51,748 nt of DNA. It comes from a virus. Lineage: Duplodnaviria > Caudoviricetes. The stretch is from positions 1-51,748 of IMG/VR virus record IMGVR_UViG_3300021420_000007; one strand, written 5' to 3'. The translations under genes were made by a program, and so were the position numbers. How positions within the stretch are numbered: the stretch's first letter is position 1; every line of letters starts with the position of its first letter. Shown in pieces: positions 9,633 to 19,785 of the stretch. The notes under the pieces are model-generated. The model did no database searches and had not been told where the DNA came from. It worked only from the letters and a program-made list of their open reading frames with translations.

Positions 9633-10070
9633 ATGACGCGACGTGTTGAACGTCTGATTATTCCTGGCGTTCGTTCTGAAACTGCCGGCGAACGCGACAA
9701 CGGCAAAACCTTTGTGCTCACCGAAATGGACGCGTATAGTGGTCAAGATTGGGCACTGCGGGCGCTCCTAGCGTTGGCCGCTAGCGGCGTTACGCTGCCT
9801 GATGGAGCCATGGCCACGGGATGGGCGGGATTAGCTGGCTTCGGCGTGACGGCTCTTCTACAGGCTCCGCACGCGGCCCTACGGCCCTTGCTGGACGAGA
9901 TGTTAGCGCAGGCCGCTTATCAGCATGACCCGAAGCACCCAGCGCAGCCAATCCGGCCCGGTCCGAACTGTGTGGTCGAAGAAATCAAAACCTTCTTGAC
10001 GCTACACTTGGCCCTCGTGAAATTACACACGGGTTTTTCTCCGGCCGTCGCCGCCCTGAGTACGGATTAA
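9633..10070 (+). CDS. Tail assembly chaperone (G)
   Basis: RDNGKTFVLTEM motif; lies between the tube and tape-measure genes; slippery heptamer near its end. Confidence 0.85.
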   Translation: MTRRVERLIIPGVRSETAGERDNGKTFVLTEMDAYSGQDWALRALLALAASGVTLPDGAMATGWAGLAGFGVTALLQAPHAALRPLLDEMLAQAAYQHDPKHPAQPIRPGPNCVVEEIKTFLTLHLALVKLHTGFSPAVAALSTD

Positions 10071-10261
10071 CCCTACCTTCAGCGCGCGCGGGCGGCCTGA
10101 TTGATTATCCTAATTTACCGCCTATGTGTGGTGTGGTAATCTCTACGAGCAAAGCTACGCTATACGAATTGCAGTCGGTCTATGGTGTAGGCGACTTGTT
10201 TCAAATCTGCGAAGTTATCGCGGTCGATTCATACAACCGACGCGTCACGCAGGCTGAATAA
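10031..10261 (+). CDS. -1 frameshift extension of the tail chaperone (GT)
   Basis: G GGT TTT at 10031-10037 is in phase. The -1 frame is open to TAA at 10259-10261 (…KATLYELQSVYGVGDLFQICEVIAVDSYNRR…), which abuts the tape-measure start. Confidence 0.85.
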   Translation, partial: GFFSGRRRPEYGLTLPSARAGGLIDYPNLPPMCGVVISTSKATLYELQSVYGVGDLFQICEVIAVDSYNRRVTQAE

Positions 10262-10262
10262 A

Positions 10263-11792
10263 TTGGCAACAGTAATTGACTCTCTTGTTGTTCTACTCGG
10301 TCTTGACGCCAGTAATTACAAAAAAGGCCGCGAGACAGCCGAGAAAGAGACGACCGAGACGGCCCGCAAATCAAAAGAAGCGGCCGACGCAATCACGAAG
10401 TCGTTAACCGAAGTTGGCCGCACGGTCGCGAGCTTATTTCTTGGTTTTGAGTCGGTGTCAGGATTTACCAAATTCCTGAGCGGCCTTAATAGCGGTGAGG
10501 CGGCGTTGGGGCGTACGGCCGCCAACATAGGCATGAGCGCCCACGAACTGAACAAATGGGGCAACGCCGTCAAATTGGCTGGCGGCGACGCGACAGACGC
10601 GCAATCTGCGTTCTCTCAATTAACCGAAGATTTCCAGAAAATGACAACGACGGGCGAACAGTCCGCGCTGTTGCAATTCTTGCGTGCCCGTAGCGTAAAC
10701 ATTCGCGACGCCAACGGCAACTTACGCGATCAGGGTGAAATATTTGAAGAACTTGCCGACAAGACTGCGCAGTACGGCCGCGCTTATCAACAAACGATGT
10801 TTAAGCAAGTCGGGATATCGCAAGGTGAAATAAATTATCTCGTGCAGTCCAAAGCGCTCCGTGAGGACCAATTGCGCTTAGCAGAGAAAAATAACGGCGT
10901 GACCGAAGCTTCGATACGTGAAGCGCAACAGTTGCAAGAATACTGGCGTAATGTCGGCATACAGATTGAGGCGGCCGGCCAAAAAGTTCTCAATGTGCTC
11001 ACGCCGGCAGTTCGCGGCGCGTTTACCGAAGTATCAAAACTCATGGATGAATTCAAGAATACGGGTGGTCTTGACCGTGTCGGGCAGGTAATGCGTGTCA
11101 TCGGCAACATTGCTTCGGCTATTGGCAACAGTATTAGTTTTTGGGTCAAAACCGTAAACGACTCTGCGATTGGCAAATATTTCGATTTCATGTTCAAGTT
11201 ATATGGCAAAGGACTCGATTTACTTGCGCCGCCCACGCCAGGGGCGGCTGTCGCCGCGCCACGCAATACCGGCGCTGCCACGCCGCAAGTAAGCCCCGAT
11301 GTGGGTATAAACTACGTGCCGCCAGCCGGCAGCAAGGCGGCGCGGTTTAACAACCCGGGCAACATACTCGATAAAAGCGGCGTTGAACGTAAATATGCAA
11401 CGCTTGAAGAAGGCCGCGACGCGCTAGAAAAAGATCTACGCGTCAAGATGCAACGTGGTCTTAAAACGGTCGATGCCATCATTGATGCGTACGAAGGCGG
11501 CGACAATGTCAGAAATAATATCCCCGCATATACCGCGGACGTGCGCAACCGGCTTGGCAAGAACGAACTGACCGAAGCTGACATCAAACAATTGGCGCTC
11601 GCCATATCCACGCATGAAAGCGGCCCGGGCGTCGCGCGTGCCGCGCCTGCCGCTGGCAGTACGACGACCGTAGAGATTGATACGATCAACATACATTCGG
11701 CAAGCGCAGACCCGCGTGCTGTAGCCGAACAAGTACCGGCCGCGATTCAACGTAAGTTCTCAGTCACACAAGCCGACACGGGACAGAGCTAA
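10263..11792 (+). CDS. Tape measure protein with C-terminal lysozyme-like domain
   Basis: TVIDSLVVLLGLD N-terminus, helical Ala/Gln-rich body, C-terminal RFNNPGNI…THESG. Confidence 0.85.
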   Translation: MATVIDSLVVLLGLDASNYKKGRETAEKETTETARKSKEAADAITKSLTEVGRTVASLFLGFESVSGFTKFLSGLNSGEAALGRTAANIGMSAHELNKWGNAVKLAGGDATDAQSAFSQLTEDFQKMTTTGEQSALLQFLRARSVNIRDANGNLRDQGEIFEELADKTAQYGRAYQQTMFKQVGISQGEINYLVQSKALREDQLRLAEKNNGVTEASIREAQQLQEYWRNVGIQIEAAGQKVLNVLTPAVRGAFTEVSKLMDEFKNTGGLDRVGQVMRVIGNIASAIGNSISFWVKTVNDSAIGKYFDFMFKLYGKGLDLLAPPTPGAAVAAPRNTGAATPQVSPDVGINYVPPAGSKAARFNNPGNILDKSGVERKYATLEEGRDALEKDLRVKMQRGLKTVDAIIDAYEGGDNVRNNIPAYTADVRNRLGKNELTEADIKQLALAISTHESGPGVARAAPAAGSTTTVEIDTINIHSASADPRAVAEQVPAAIQRKFSVTQADTGQS

Positions 11793-11794
11793 TC

Positions 11795-12526
11795 ATGGCA
11801 TTCATTACACAAGGTTGGGGCGCAGGACTCGGTATTTCTATCACCGTGCACATTCCGCAGTTTCCGAGTGTTGCCAATCTGCCTGGCGTCCCGCAGTTGG
11901 CCCGCTCACCGCTCGCGGGAGTGTTAGCGCCGCCCGTTCTTGGGTTTGCCGCCAACCCCGACACGCTTTGGCAGGCTACGCAGGCAGCGCCCGTGTGGGG
12001 TATATTCGACAGCGCCAACAATCTCGTCGTGAACGCCGACAGCGTGCAAGATTTCGGTTGGCGCAAAGAGAACCGTATATCGAACTTTCCAATTCAGTCG
12101 GGGCAATTCGGTACGTACAATCGTGTCGGGTTGCCGTCGGAAACTTCGGTCGTATTGACCAAGGGCGGCTCACTCAGTGCCCGCACAACGTTCCTGGCGC
12201 AGATTGACGCCATCGTCGCACAACAGAACATCAATCTATACACGATTCGCACGCCTGAAAAATCGTACAACAATGTCAGTGTGAACCGTGCCGAACTGTC
12301 ACGACGTGGTGTAGGTAACGCGTTTTATTTTGATGTTGAAGTCTACTTCATCGAGATAGCTCAAATTGCCGCGCAGTACAGCACGACGGCGACGCCTACG
12401 AATAACGCGAGTGTACCGAGTGCTCTTCCCGCGACGAATCAGGGATTGAGTCAATCGACCGTGCCGACGACGGCCATACAACAAAGCGCGTTGACGGCCA
12501 TCACGCCGCCCGTGCCGACAGGTTAG
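11795..12526 (+). CDS. Baseplate/tube initiator protein
   Basis: WGIFD, ISNFPIQSGQFGTYNRV and IRTPEKSY motifs; follows the tape-measure gene. Confidence 0.75.
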   Translation: MAFITQGWGAGLGISITVHIPQFPSVANLPGVPQLARSPLAGVLAPPVLGFAANPDTLWQATQAAPVWGIFDSANNLVVNADSVQDFGWRKENRISNFPIQSGQFGTYNRVGLPSETSVVLTKGGSLSARTTFLAQIDAIVAQQNINLYTIRTPEKSYNNVSVNRAELSRRGVGNAFYFDVEVYFIEIAQIAAQYSTTATPTNNASVPSALPATNQGLSQSTVPTTAIQQSALTAITPPVPTG

Positions 12527-12530
12527 CCCT

Positions 12531-12896
12531 ATGCTGCAAATACCAGTGAGCGCCGTTGCATCGCAGACGCTTTCAATCGTGCTCGACAATCAGAGTTGCC
12601 AAATTGCTATCTATCAAAAGCAACCGATTGTCGATGAATACGGGGTAGCGGCCGGGCTATTTTTTGACTTGATTGTAGGCGGCGTGCCGATCATCAATAC
12701 GGCGCGTTGTCTCGACCGTACACGGCTATTGCTCGACCGACAGTATCTTGGTGTGGTCGGTGATTTCATGTTTCTAGACACGACTGCGACCGAAGGCGGC
12801 CCGCCAACATTTAACGGAGCGCCACCGTACTATACGGGTCTCGGATCGCAATTCGTGTTGCTTTATCTTGAGGCATCTGACCTTGCCAGCATCTAG
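12531..12896 (+). CDS. Baseplate protein
   Basis: IPVSAVASQTL..YLGVVGDFMFLDT..YTGLGSQFVL pattern. Confidence 0.75.
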   Translation: MLQIPVSAVASQTLSIVLDNQSCQIAIYQKQPIVDEYGVAAGLFFDLIVGGVPIINTARCLDRTRLLLDRQYLGVVGDFMFLDTTATEGGPPTFNGAPPYYTGLGSQFVLLYLEASDLASI

Positions 12897-13815
12897 TTAC
12901 ACAGTCAAAAATCTGCGTGTGACATTCACGTTAACAGGCAGCAATGCTGTGTTCCCGGGCACGACAGCGAATAAACTGCAAGTGTCTGGACTGCGCATGT
13001 CCGCGGTAATCAAAGGCTCGGGGTTGCCGGCGTTTCCCGAGGCATCATTGCGTATCTACGGACTTGCGCAGCAAGACATGAACGCACTGGCCATTGTGCC
13101 TGTGCAGGGCGGCAAACCTGAGTTTTCATTCAATACGGTGCAGATTGAGGCGGATAGCGGCAATGGTTTTACGTTCGTTTTCTCAGGTCAAATATTTCAG
13201 GCCGGGCCGGACTACTCGAACTTGCCCGACGTGTGTTTATTCGTTCATGCACAGTCAGCCGGATTTGACCAACTTACGGCGGCCAATCCGACGGCCTATC
13301 CTGGCACAGCCAACGTGGCTGATATCGTGGCCAATCTCGCTTCAAAAATGTCTATGGCTTTTGAGAATGACGGTGTGACCGGTACGCTCACGGGGGCGTA
13401 CTACTCGGGCACTCTCACGAGCCAATTGCGCAAGCTGTGTCAGGATGCGAATATTTACTACGCCATGGAAAACCAAAACTTGCTCGTCATCTCGCCGGCC
13501 GGCGTAGCGCGCAAGAATGTTGACACATGGGTATTGACACCAACGTCAGGGCTCGTCGGCTACCCGGAAGTGCTCGGCAATGGGTACCTCAACGTCCGTT
13601 CATTGTTCAATCCTGCATTCCGGCAGAATGGGCCGATAACGATTCAAGGTAGCGACGTGGTTATTGACCCGTCGCTGCCCAAGACCCTCAACAGCCTGGC
13701 CGATGGGGATTGGGTCATAGGTCCGCTGACCCATACGCTCGAATGTCAGAAGCCCGGCGGCGCGTGGTTCACTGATATGAAACTCTATCCCCCTAATGCG
13801 GTGCCCGCAGCATGA
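12868..13815 (+). CDS. Baseplate hub protein
   Basis: LRIYGL, FSGQI, GLVGYP and LFNP motifs; upstream of the spike gene; start may be TTG about 12883. Confidence 0.75.
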   Translation: MRHLTLPASSYTVKNLRVTFTLTGSNAVFPGTTANKLQVSGLRMSAVIKGSGLPAFPEASLRIYGLAQQDMNALAIVPVQGGKPEFSFNTVQIEADSGNGFTFVFSGQIFQAGPDYSNLPDVCLFVHAQSAGFDQLTAANPTAYPGTANVADIVANLASKMSMAFENDGVTGTLTGAYYSGTLTSQLRKLCQDANIYYAMENQNLLVISPAGVARKNVDTWVLTPTSGLVGYPEVLGNGYLNVRSLFNPAFRQNGPITIQGSDVVIDPSLPKTLNSLADGDWVIGPLTHTLECQKPGGAWFTDMKLYPPNAVPAA

Positions 13816-15536
13816 GCGCCGTAGGTCAAGCCAACCCGTTCAGTGATGCAAGCGAGTTCAACACGCTGGCGTTTATCATCGACCGTGCAACCGAGGAAAT
13901 GCAAACCGTGTCGATTGTCCAAGTCAAGGCCGTCAACACGGGCGCACAAACGGTGGACGTGCAAGTACTCGTCAATCTCATGACGGGTGCGAATATCTCG
14001 GTACCCCACGGGGTCATATCGGCGCGGCCATACTTTCGCGCGCAAGGCGGCACGAGCGGTATTATTCTGGATCCCGTCGTGGGCGACATTGGCGTCATGG
14101 TGTTTGCCTCGCGAGACTCCTCGGCCGTCATTTCGGCGAAGGGACTTGCAAATCCGGGAAGTAAACGTAGGTTCTCGTGGTCAGATGGCGTCTACTTTGG
14201 GGGCGTTCTAAACACGCCGCCAACACAGTACGTGAAGCTCAATTCATCGGGCATCACCATTCTGTCACCGACCGCGGTATTGATTCAGTCGCCGGCTAAC
14301 ATGGTGTCAGGTCCGCTCGCAGTCAGTGGCGCTACCACGCTGCAAGCAACGCTGCATGTGATCGGCAATGTGCAAATGGATGGCACGCTAAACGTTAACG
14401 GAATAATTACCTCGGGTACGGAAGTGTCGGCGCCCATTGGGTCATTTGGGTCGCTGGTAGTTTCCACAGGCCCCGTGACTGTGCCAGCGGCCAGCATTCC
14501 CACATCAGCGCTTGGCCCGTCAGGAGTCACGGCAGGCAGCTATACGAACATGAACGCGACGGTGAACGCCGCAGGGATCATAACAGCAGCGGCGAATGGC
14601 TCAAGCTCAGGCTCACCGTTGACCACGAAGGGCGATCTATTCGGCTACAGTACGACAGTTGCACGCGTGCCTATTGGCAGTAACGGACAAGTTTTAACTG
14701 CGGACAGCACGCAAGCCTTAGGACTCAAATGGGCAATACCTAGCAGCGGATCACTGTCAATTACGGACGGTACGACGACGGTGGCAGGCACCACATCGCT
14801 TACTGTAGTTGGTGGCGTGGTATCAGGCGCAACGCCGAACGCCACATTGACGATTGCGGGCGGCAGTCCGGGCATACCTGCAACGATTCCTGATCTTTGC
14901 TATTGGTGGCAGGCTGATATTCCTTTGACGACGGTGGGTTATCCGATTCAGCGTCTAGTTGATAGTGGCCCCTCTAGCCAAAACCATGCAGGATTTCAAT
15001 CAGGATCAGGTGTAGTGTTATCGGCGACGCAATTAAACGGCAAGAATGTTTATACCTGGCCGGGCGCTACTTCGGGACGTGTATTTTTCTCTACGCCAAT
15101 CTATCTTCCTAAAAGCACAATGTTTTTTGTGGTGCGAACTAAAGCGAGTGGTACGCAAGCGTTCAATATTTCAGGTCCGAATGGCGCGTATCAGATCGGG
15201 CAAGATTCCACTAACAACAAAATTGCGTTAGTTAAGGCCGCTGTAATTATTATTGGTGAATCTTCAGCATTGGCGCCTAACACAGCCGTACAGTTCAATG
15301 CGACTTACGACGGCACGACGGGTAATTATGCCATTCGTATATCGCAGGCCAATGATTCAAGCGGAACGAATTTTCAAACTATTACTAATGTAACGAATTC
15401 TTTCGGGTTCAACGCCGCTTCTGGTGCTGAAGATATCGTAGGCGACACCGCGGAACTGGTCATATACGATAGGATTTTAACGCTAACCGAAATTCAATCA
15501 GTGGAATCCTACCTACATACAAAATGGGGTGTCTGA
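13812..15536 (+). CDS. Baseplate central spike (Gp138-N-like) with long C-terminal extension including a LamG-like domain
   Basis: PYFRAQGG..IILDPVVGDIG..FASRD..RRFSWSDG N-terminus; C-terminal GDTAELVIYDRILT…YLHTKWGV. Confidence 0.8.
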   Translation: MSAVGQANPFSDASEFNTLAFIIDRATEEMQTVSIVQVKAVNTGAQTVDVQVLVNLMTGANISVPHGVISARPYFRAQGGTSGIILDPVVGDIGVMVFASRDSSAVISAKGLANPGSKRRFSWSDGVYFGGVLNTPPTQYVKLNSSGITILSPTAVLIQSPANMVSGPLAVSGATTLQATLHVIGNVQMDGTLNVNGIITSGTEVSAPIGSFGSLVVSTGPVTVPAASIPTSALGPSGVTAGSYTNMNATVNAAGIITAAANGSSSGSPLTTKGDLFGYSTTVARVPIGSNGQVLTADSTQALGLKWAIPSSGSLSITDGTTTVAGTTSLTVVGGVVSGATPNATLTIAGGSPGIPATIPDLCYWWQADIPLTTVGYPIQRLVDSGPSSQNHAGFQSGSGVVLSATQLNGKNVYTWPGATSGRVFFSTPIYLPKSTMFFVVRTKASGTQAFNISGPNGAYQIGQDSTNNKIALVKAAVIIIGESSALAPNTAVQFNATYDGTTGNYAIRISQANDSSGTNFQTITNVTNSFGFNAASGAEDIVGDTAELVIYDRILTLTEIQSVESYLHTKWGV

Positions 15537-15906
15537 CATGGCCGCGCCGTTCTCAACTTTATTGCTCGATGTAGGCTCGTGGGATTTGACCCTCGACGCC
15601 TTTGGCAACATTGCCGTTGCTGCGCCGCCCTATGCGCTCGCGCAAGACGTGGCTAGCGCGTGCCGTACTGTGCTCGGTGAGGTATACTACGACACATCGT
15701 TAGGTGTGGATTACTTTGGACTGATTTTTGGCAAGACGCCGCCCGCCCCAGTATTCCAAGAACAGTTTGTAACGGCTGCAAAGACAGTGCCTGGCGTTGT
15801 TTCTGCGACGTGCATTATTGAATCATATTCGGCCGCGACACGCGAAGCCACGGGGCAAGTTTTGTTTACCGATATCAACCATCAGACGCAGACGATAGGA
15901 CTATAG
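15529..15906 (+). CDS. Baseplate wedge/sheath initiator
   Basis: WDLTLDAFGNIA..AQDVASACR..GEVYYDTSLGV pattern. Confidence 0.8.
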   Translation: MSDMAAPFSTLLLDVGSWDLTLDAFGNIAVAAPPYALAQDVASACRTVLGEVYYDTSLGVDYFGLIFGKTPPAPVFQEQFVTAAKTVPGVVSATCIIESYSAATREATGQVLFTDINHQTQTIGL

Positions 15907-15910
15907 GAAC

Positions 15911-17173
15911 ATGGTAGACACAACTAATGTACCTTCGCCGGTATTCACGCCTACAGGTCTTGTGCTACCGCAAGAGGCTGCCATTTTGGCCGGCGTGCAG
16001 CAAGATTACAATGCGGCATTTGGCGGCAATCTCAACCCGGCATTGAACTCTCCGCAAGGCCAATTGTGTTCAAGCACGGCCGCCATGATTGCGAATGGTA
16101 ACACGGTATTCGCCACGTTTGTCAACCAAGTAGATCCTGACACGGCAACGGGATTCATGCAGGACGCAATCGGCCGTATCTATTTCATGAATCGCAAAGG
16201 CGCCGTACCTACCACGGTAAATTTGCAATGTGTCGGCGCGTTCGGTACGCCCATTCCAGTCGGAGCGCTTGCGCAAGACACGAGCGGAAACATTTATTCA
16301 TGTACGCAAGCTGGAAATATTCCGGTTGGCGGTTCGATTACATTGGCGTTTGCTAATATCATTGCGGGACCAATCGCGTGCCCGCCTAATACTGTCACGA
16401 TCATTTATCGAGGAATCAACGGTTGGGAGTCGGTCAACAATTCTGCGGCCGGTACGATTGGTGCTAACGTCGAGTCGCCGGCTGCATTTGAATATCGCCG
16501 GCAACAGTCTGTCGGGATCAATGCACAAGGTTCGATACCAGCGATCTACGCTGCATGCTTCAGCGTAGCCAACGTTATCGATGTATTTGTCACACAAAAC
16601 AATACGGGCGCGGTCATTTCAGGACCCATCAACAACAACCCGAACTCGACTGCTTATCCAGTCGCTGCACATTCGGTTTACGTGGCCGTGACAGGCGGCG
16701 CTGCACAACTTGTGGCTAATGCCATATGGCGCGCCACAAACATCGGCGCCGCTTATCAGACTGCGGCCGGCAGTGCGGGTGCGACACTCGTATCAGAAAC
16801 CGTAACAGACAATAGTGGGTACAGCATCCCAGTGCCGGCGTATACAGTCAATTTCATCAACCCGGTTGCGACGCCGATTTTCTTTGCCGTCACATTGGCT
16901 GCCAGCGCGTTGTTGCCCTCGAACATTCATACGCTTGTACAACAAGCCATCATTGCACAATTCACAGGGGGGACACCCGGAAGTCTGCGCGAGCGTATAG
17001 GCGCGCAAGTTCTCGCATCTCGATACTTTGGTCCAGTTCAAGCGATAGGTCCTGAGGTTTCGATTTTGACTATCACTATCGGGTTTAACTCGGGTGTCGG
17101 CAATGCAAGTTTGCAAATGGGCATTGACCAAGAGCCAACGATAACGGCCGTCAATATCGCGGTATCGCCGTAA
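15911..17173 (+). CDS. Baseplate J-like protein
   Basis: PQGQL, QDAIGRIYF, ESPAAFEYRR and HSVYVAVTGG motifs. Confidence 0.88.
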   Translation: MVDTTNVPSPVFTPTGLVLPQEAAILAGVQQDYNAAFGGNLNPALNSPQGQLCSSTAAMIANGNTVFATFVNQVDPDTATGFMQDAIGRIYFMNRKGAVPTTVNLQCVGAFGTPIPVGALAQDTSGNIYSCTQAGNIPVGGSITLAFANIIAGPIACPPNTVTIIYRGINGWESVNNSAAGTIGANVESPAAFEYRRQQSVGINAQGSIPAIYAACFSVANVIDVFVTQNNTGAVISGPINNNPNSTAYPVAAHSVYVAVTGGAAQLVANAIWRATNIGAAYQTAAGSAGATLVSETVTDNSGYSIPVPAYTVNFINPVATPIFFAVTLAASALLPSNIHTLVQQAIIAQFTGGTPGSLRERIGAQVLASRYFGPVQAIGPEVSILTITIGFNSGVGNASLQMGIDQEPTITAVNIAVSP

Positions 17174-19773
17174 TGTCATTCTCAGGTTCAACTCCGCTTC
17201 TTAGTCCGTCTGAATTTACGATCACGGCGACGCCGCCCGATTCAAATAGTTTCGGCGGCTATTCCGTTGGTAGCGGCGAAGCACGCGCCACACAAATATC
17301 CAATCATGAGACAACGGGATTTCTGTTTGTATCGACCACGTCGGGCGCACAAACGGATAATTGTTATGTCGCCATAGACATTCCCGCAGATAGTGAATAC
17401 TACAGTTTAGGCGCACAGTTTGAGCCGGGATTTGGCCTAGACGGAACTCATTTTTTCACGCTTGAATTTTTCTTGAGCGCGGGTACACCGCAAGTACTTT
17501 CCCAAGTCAACGTCATCATTAATAACGGTGGCGCATCTTATACGACGCCTGTTGATCTTTTATCTATTCCACGTTTTGCTCACGACGGAACGTTGCCGTT
17601 ATCCGTTGCCGCCGCGCTATCCGGGACAATGCTGACGGTGTACGCGCGTAATGGTGCTACCGGCCCGTGGTTTGCCTGTACGCCTGCATTTGATCTTACC
17701 CCCTATGTGAGCGCGGCAACACTTCTCACGTGGGCGGCAGCCATGCGTGGATATTCGGGTGGTGTGCCTACGACCGCAACGCGCGCCAGTGCGATGTACT
17801 GGGGTCCAATTTCCGATTTGACAGGTCCGTCATGTGACATAAATTTCAATGATGTAGTCTTGCTACTGCCATTCGATGGCACAAATGGATCTACGGCCTA
17901 CCCCGATTTATCGAACTACGCAAACACGGTAGTTCAAGGAACGGGCGCATCGCTGACTACGAGTAATCCGCTTTTTGGCACAGCGTCACTGGCCGTTGCG
18001 GGTCTGAATCATCTTGGTAGTTTTGCAACCGCTGTTCCATATGCGGCAGGATCGCCGCTTGATATTTTTGCTGATTCGTCCTGGTCTATTGAATGTGCCA
18101 CATACATAACTGTCTACGGGGCACAACAGTCTCCCATTATTGACTACGGCGGAGTGCAGACTAGCGGGGCGTCGTCCGATGTTGTTGTCTTTGCGGGGCT
18201 CAACAATGATGGAATAACGGGATACGTCAACGTCACGGATAATTCGGCTTTTAGCTCCGGGGTAACGCTTAGTGCCACTGGGCCGATGACCGCGAATACA
18301 TGGCATCGCATAGGAATTTTTAATAATGCGGGCGTGACAACAGTCTATCTCGATGGAGTCGCAGGAACATCTACGACTCTATGGACACCCGCACACTACA
18401 CGCATAGTGGTGCCACGAATGTAGTGATTGGATCGTGGGCGCAATTGAGCAATTCTTCGCCGCCCGTGCAAATAGATGAGCTAAGGATTACGGCAGGTAT
18501 TGCTCGGCAGACTTCAAACTATACGCCGCCCATCAATGCGTTTCCGACGATTAGCTGTACGGCGACCGTTCCGAATGTCGAAGGATTATTTGACGCTCCG
18601 GCGCGTGCTGCGATCATAGCGGCAAATCTTGTCGTTGGAACTGTAACGATTATTGCCGGAAGTCCCCCCGGCCAAGTTGCGTTGCAGTCCCCTATAGGGG
18701 GAACCATTGTTCCAACAGGTAGTATGGTCAATCTCACGGAGTACGAAGGGGTTTTAGTCCCTAGCGTTGCCAACACGTCGCTCTCTGTCGTTGCACCTGC
18801 CATTCTATCGGCCTCGGGTTTTATCGTAGGTACGGTCACGTATGAAGCCAGCGGCACCATAATTGCCGGCAATGTCATACGTCAGTCGCCCGCGGCCGGC
18901 TCATTCGCTTCTAGCGGTTCTGGCATCAACTTAGTTGTATCCTCGGGTCTGCCGTCGCTTCGCGTGCCGGATATATTCGGCCTATCGCGGACGGATGCAA
19001 TTAACGCTTTGCTCAGTCTTGGTCTTGTGGTTGGTGCGATCAGTTCAGCGCCGTCCATGATTGTTCCACCCAATACAGTACAGGCACAAAATCCAAGCGC
19101 CGGTACTCCCGTTGCCGCTGGCACTATTGTCAGTTTTGTCATGTCGACGGGCATACCGGCCGTTGGCACTGAATTTGACTTTGAAGCTACCGTTATTTCG
19201 CAATATGCGAACAGCCCAATCATTTTGCAGCTAGTTAATAATCTCAATCAGTACATCGACCAATCGGCAAACTTTGCCAATTTCTACAATTTCGTTTGGA
19301 ATGTTGACACGGCTGTCGGTTTCGGCCTCGACGTATGGGGCAAGATTGTCGGCGTGTCGCGGTTGCTACAGATCCCGAACACGACCGACTACGTAGGATT
19401 CGACAATGGCACGCGGTCGCCACCTGATTGGCAAAGCATGGGCAGCAATCAGCCGCCCGGGCCGCCCGTTGGGGGTGCAATGTACACGGGGTACAACGCA
19501 ACGACCGCATATTTGCTTGGCGACGATGCATACCGGCAATTGATTCTTGCCAAGGCATTCGCGAATATTGCAGCGACAACCGCGCCGGCTATCAATCAGA
19601 TTTTGCAAAATCTTTACGGTCCGGGTACCGCGTGGGTACTCAACACGGGGCCGATGGCCATTTCATATAACCTGAGTTTCAAGCCATCTGCAATCCAATT
19701 GGCGATACTCGAACAGTCGGGCGTTATCCCGACGCCTCCGGGCGTTTCCGTGACAATCGTAGTCCCGCCATAG
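17173..19773 (+). CDS. Baseplate wedge protein (C-terminal DUF2612) with N-terminal LamG-like and 3 PASTA-like domains
   Basis: C-terminal TVISQYANSP..TAVGFGLDVWGKIVG..DDAYRQLILAKA; three VP.V.G…QSP..G..V.L.VS repeats; VVLLLPFDG…IDELRIT LamG signature. Confidence 0.85.
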   Translation: MSFSGSTPLLSPSEFTITATPPDSNSFGGYSVGSGEARATQISNHETTGFLFVSTTSGAQTDNCYVAIDIPADSEYYSLGAQFEPGFGLDGTHFFTLEFFLSAGTPQVLSQVNVIINNGGASYTTPVDLLSIPRFAHDGTLPLSVAAALSGTMLTVYARNGATGPWFACTPAFDLTPYVSAATLLTWAAAMRGYSGGVPTTATRASAMYWGPISDLTGPSCDINFNDVVLLLPFDGTNGSTAYPDLSNYANTVVQGTGASLTTSNPLFGTASLAVAGLNHLGSFATAVPYAAGSPLDIFADSSWSIECATYITVYGAQQSPIIDYGGVQTSGASSDVVVFAGLNNDGITGYVNVTDNSAFSSGVTLSATGPMTANTWHRIGIFNNAGVTTVYLDGVAGTSTTLWTPAHYTHSGATNVVIGSWAQLSNSSPPVQIDELRITAGIARQTSNYTPPINAFPTISCTATVPNVEGLFDAPARAAIIAANLVVGTVTIIAGSPPGQVALQSPIGGTIVPTGSMVNLTEYEGVLVPSVANTSLSVVAPAILSASGFIVGTVTYEASGTIIAGNVIRQSPAAGSFASSGSGINLVVSSGLPSLRVPDIFGLSRTDAINALLSLGLVVGAISSAPSMIVPPNTVQAQNPSAGTPVAAGTIVSFVMSTGIPAVGTEFDFEATVISQYANSPIILQLVNNLNQYIDQSANFANFYNFVWNVDTAVGFGLDVWGKIVGVSRLLQIPNTTDYVGFDNGTRSPPDWQSMGSNQPPGPPVGGAMYTGYNATTAYLLGDDAYRQLILAKAFANIAATTAPAINQILQNLYGPGTAWVLNTGPMAISYNLSFKPSAIQLAILEQSGVIPTPPGVSVTIVVPP

Positions 19774-19785
19774 TAGAATAGCGTT

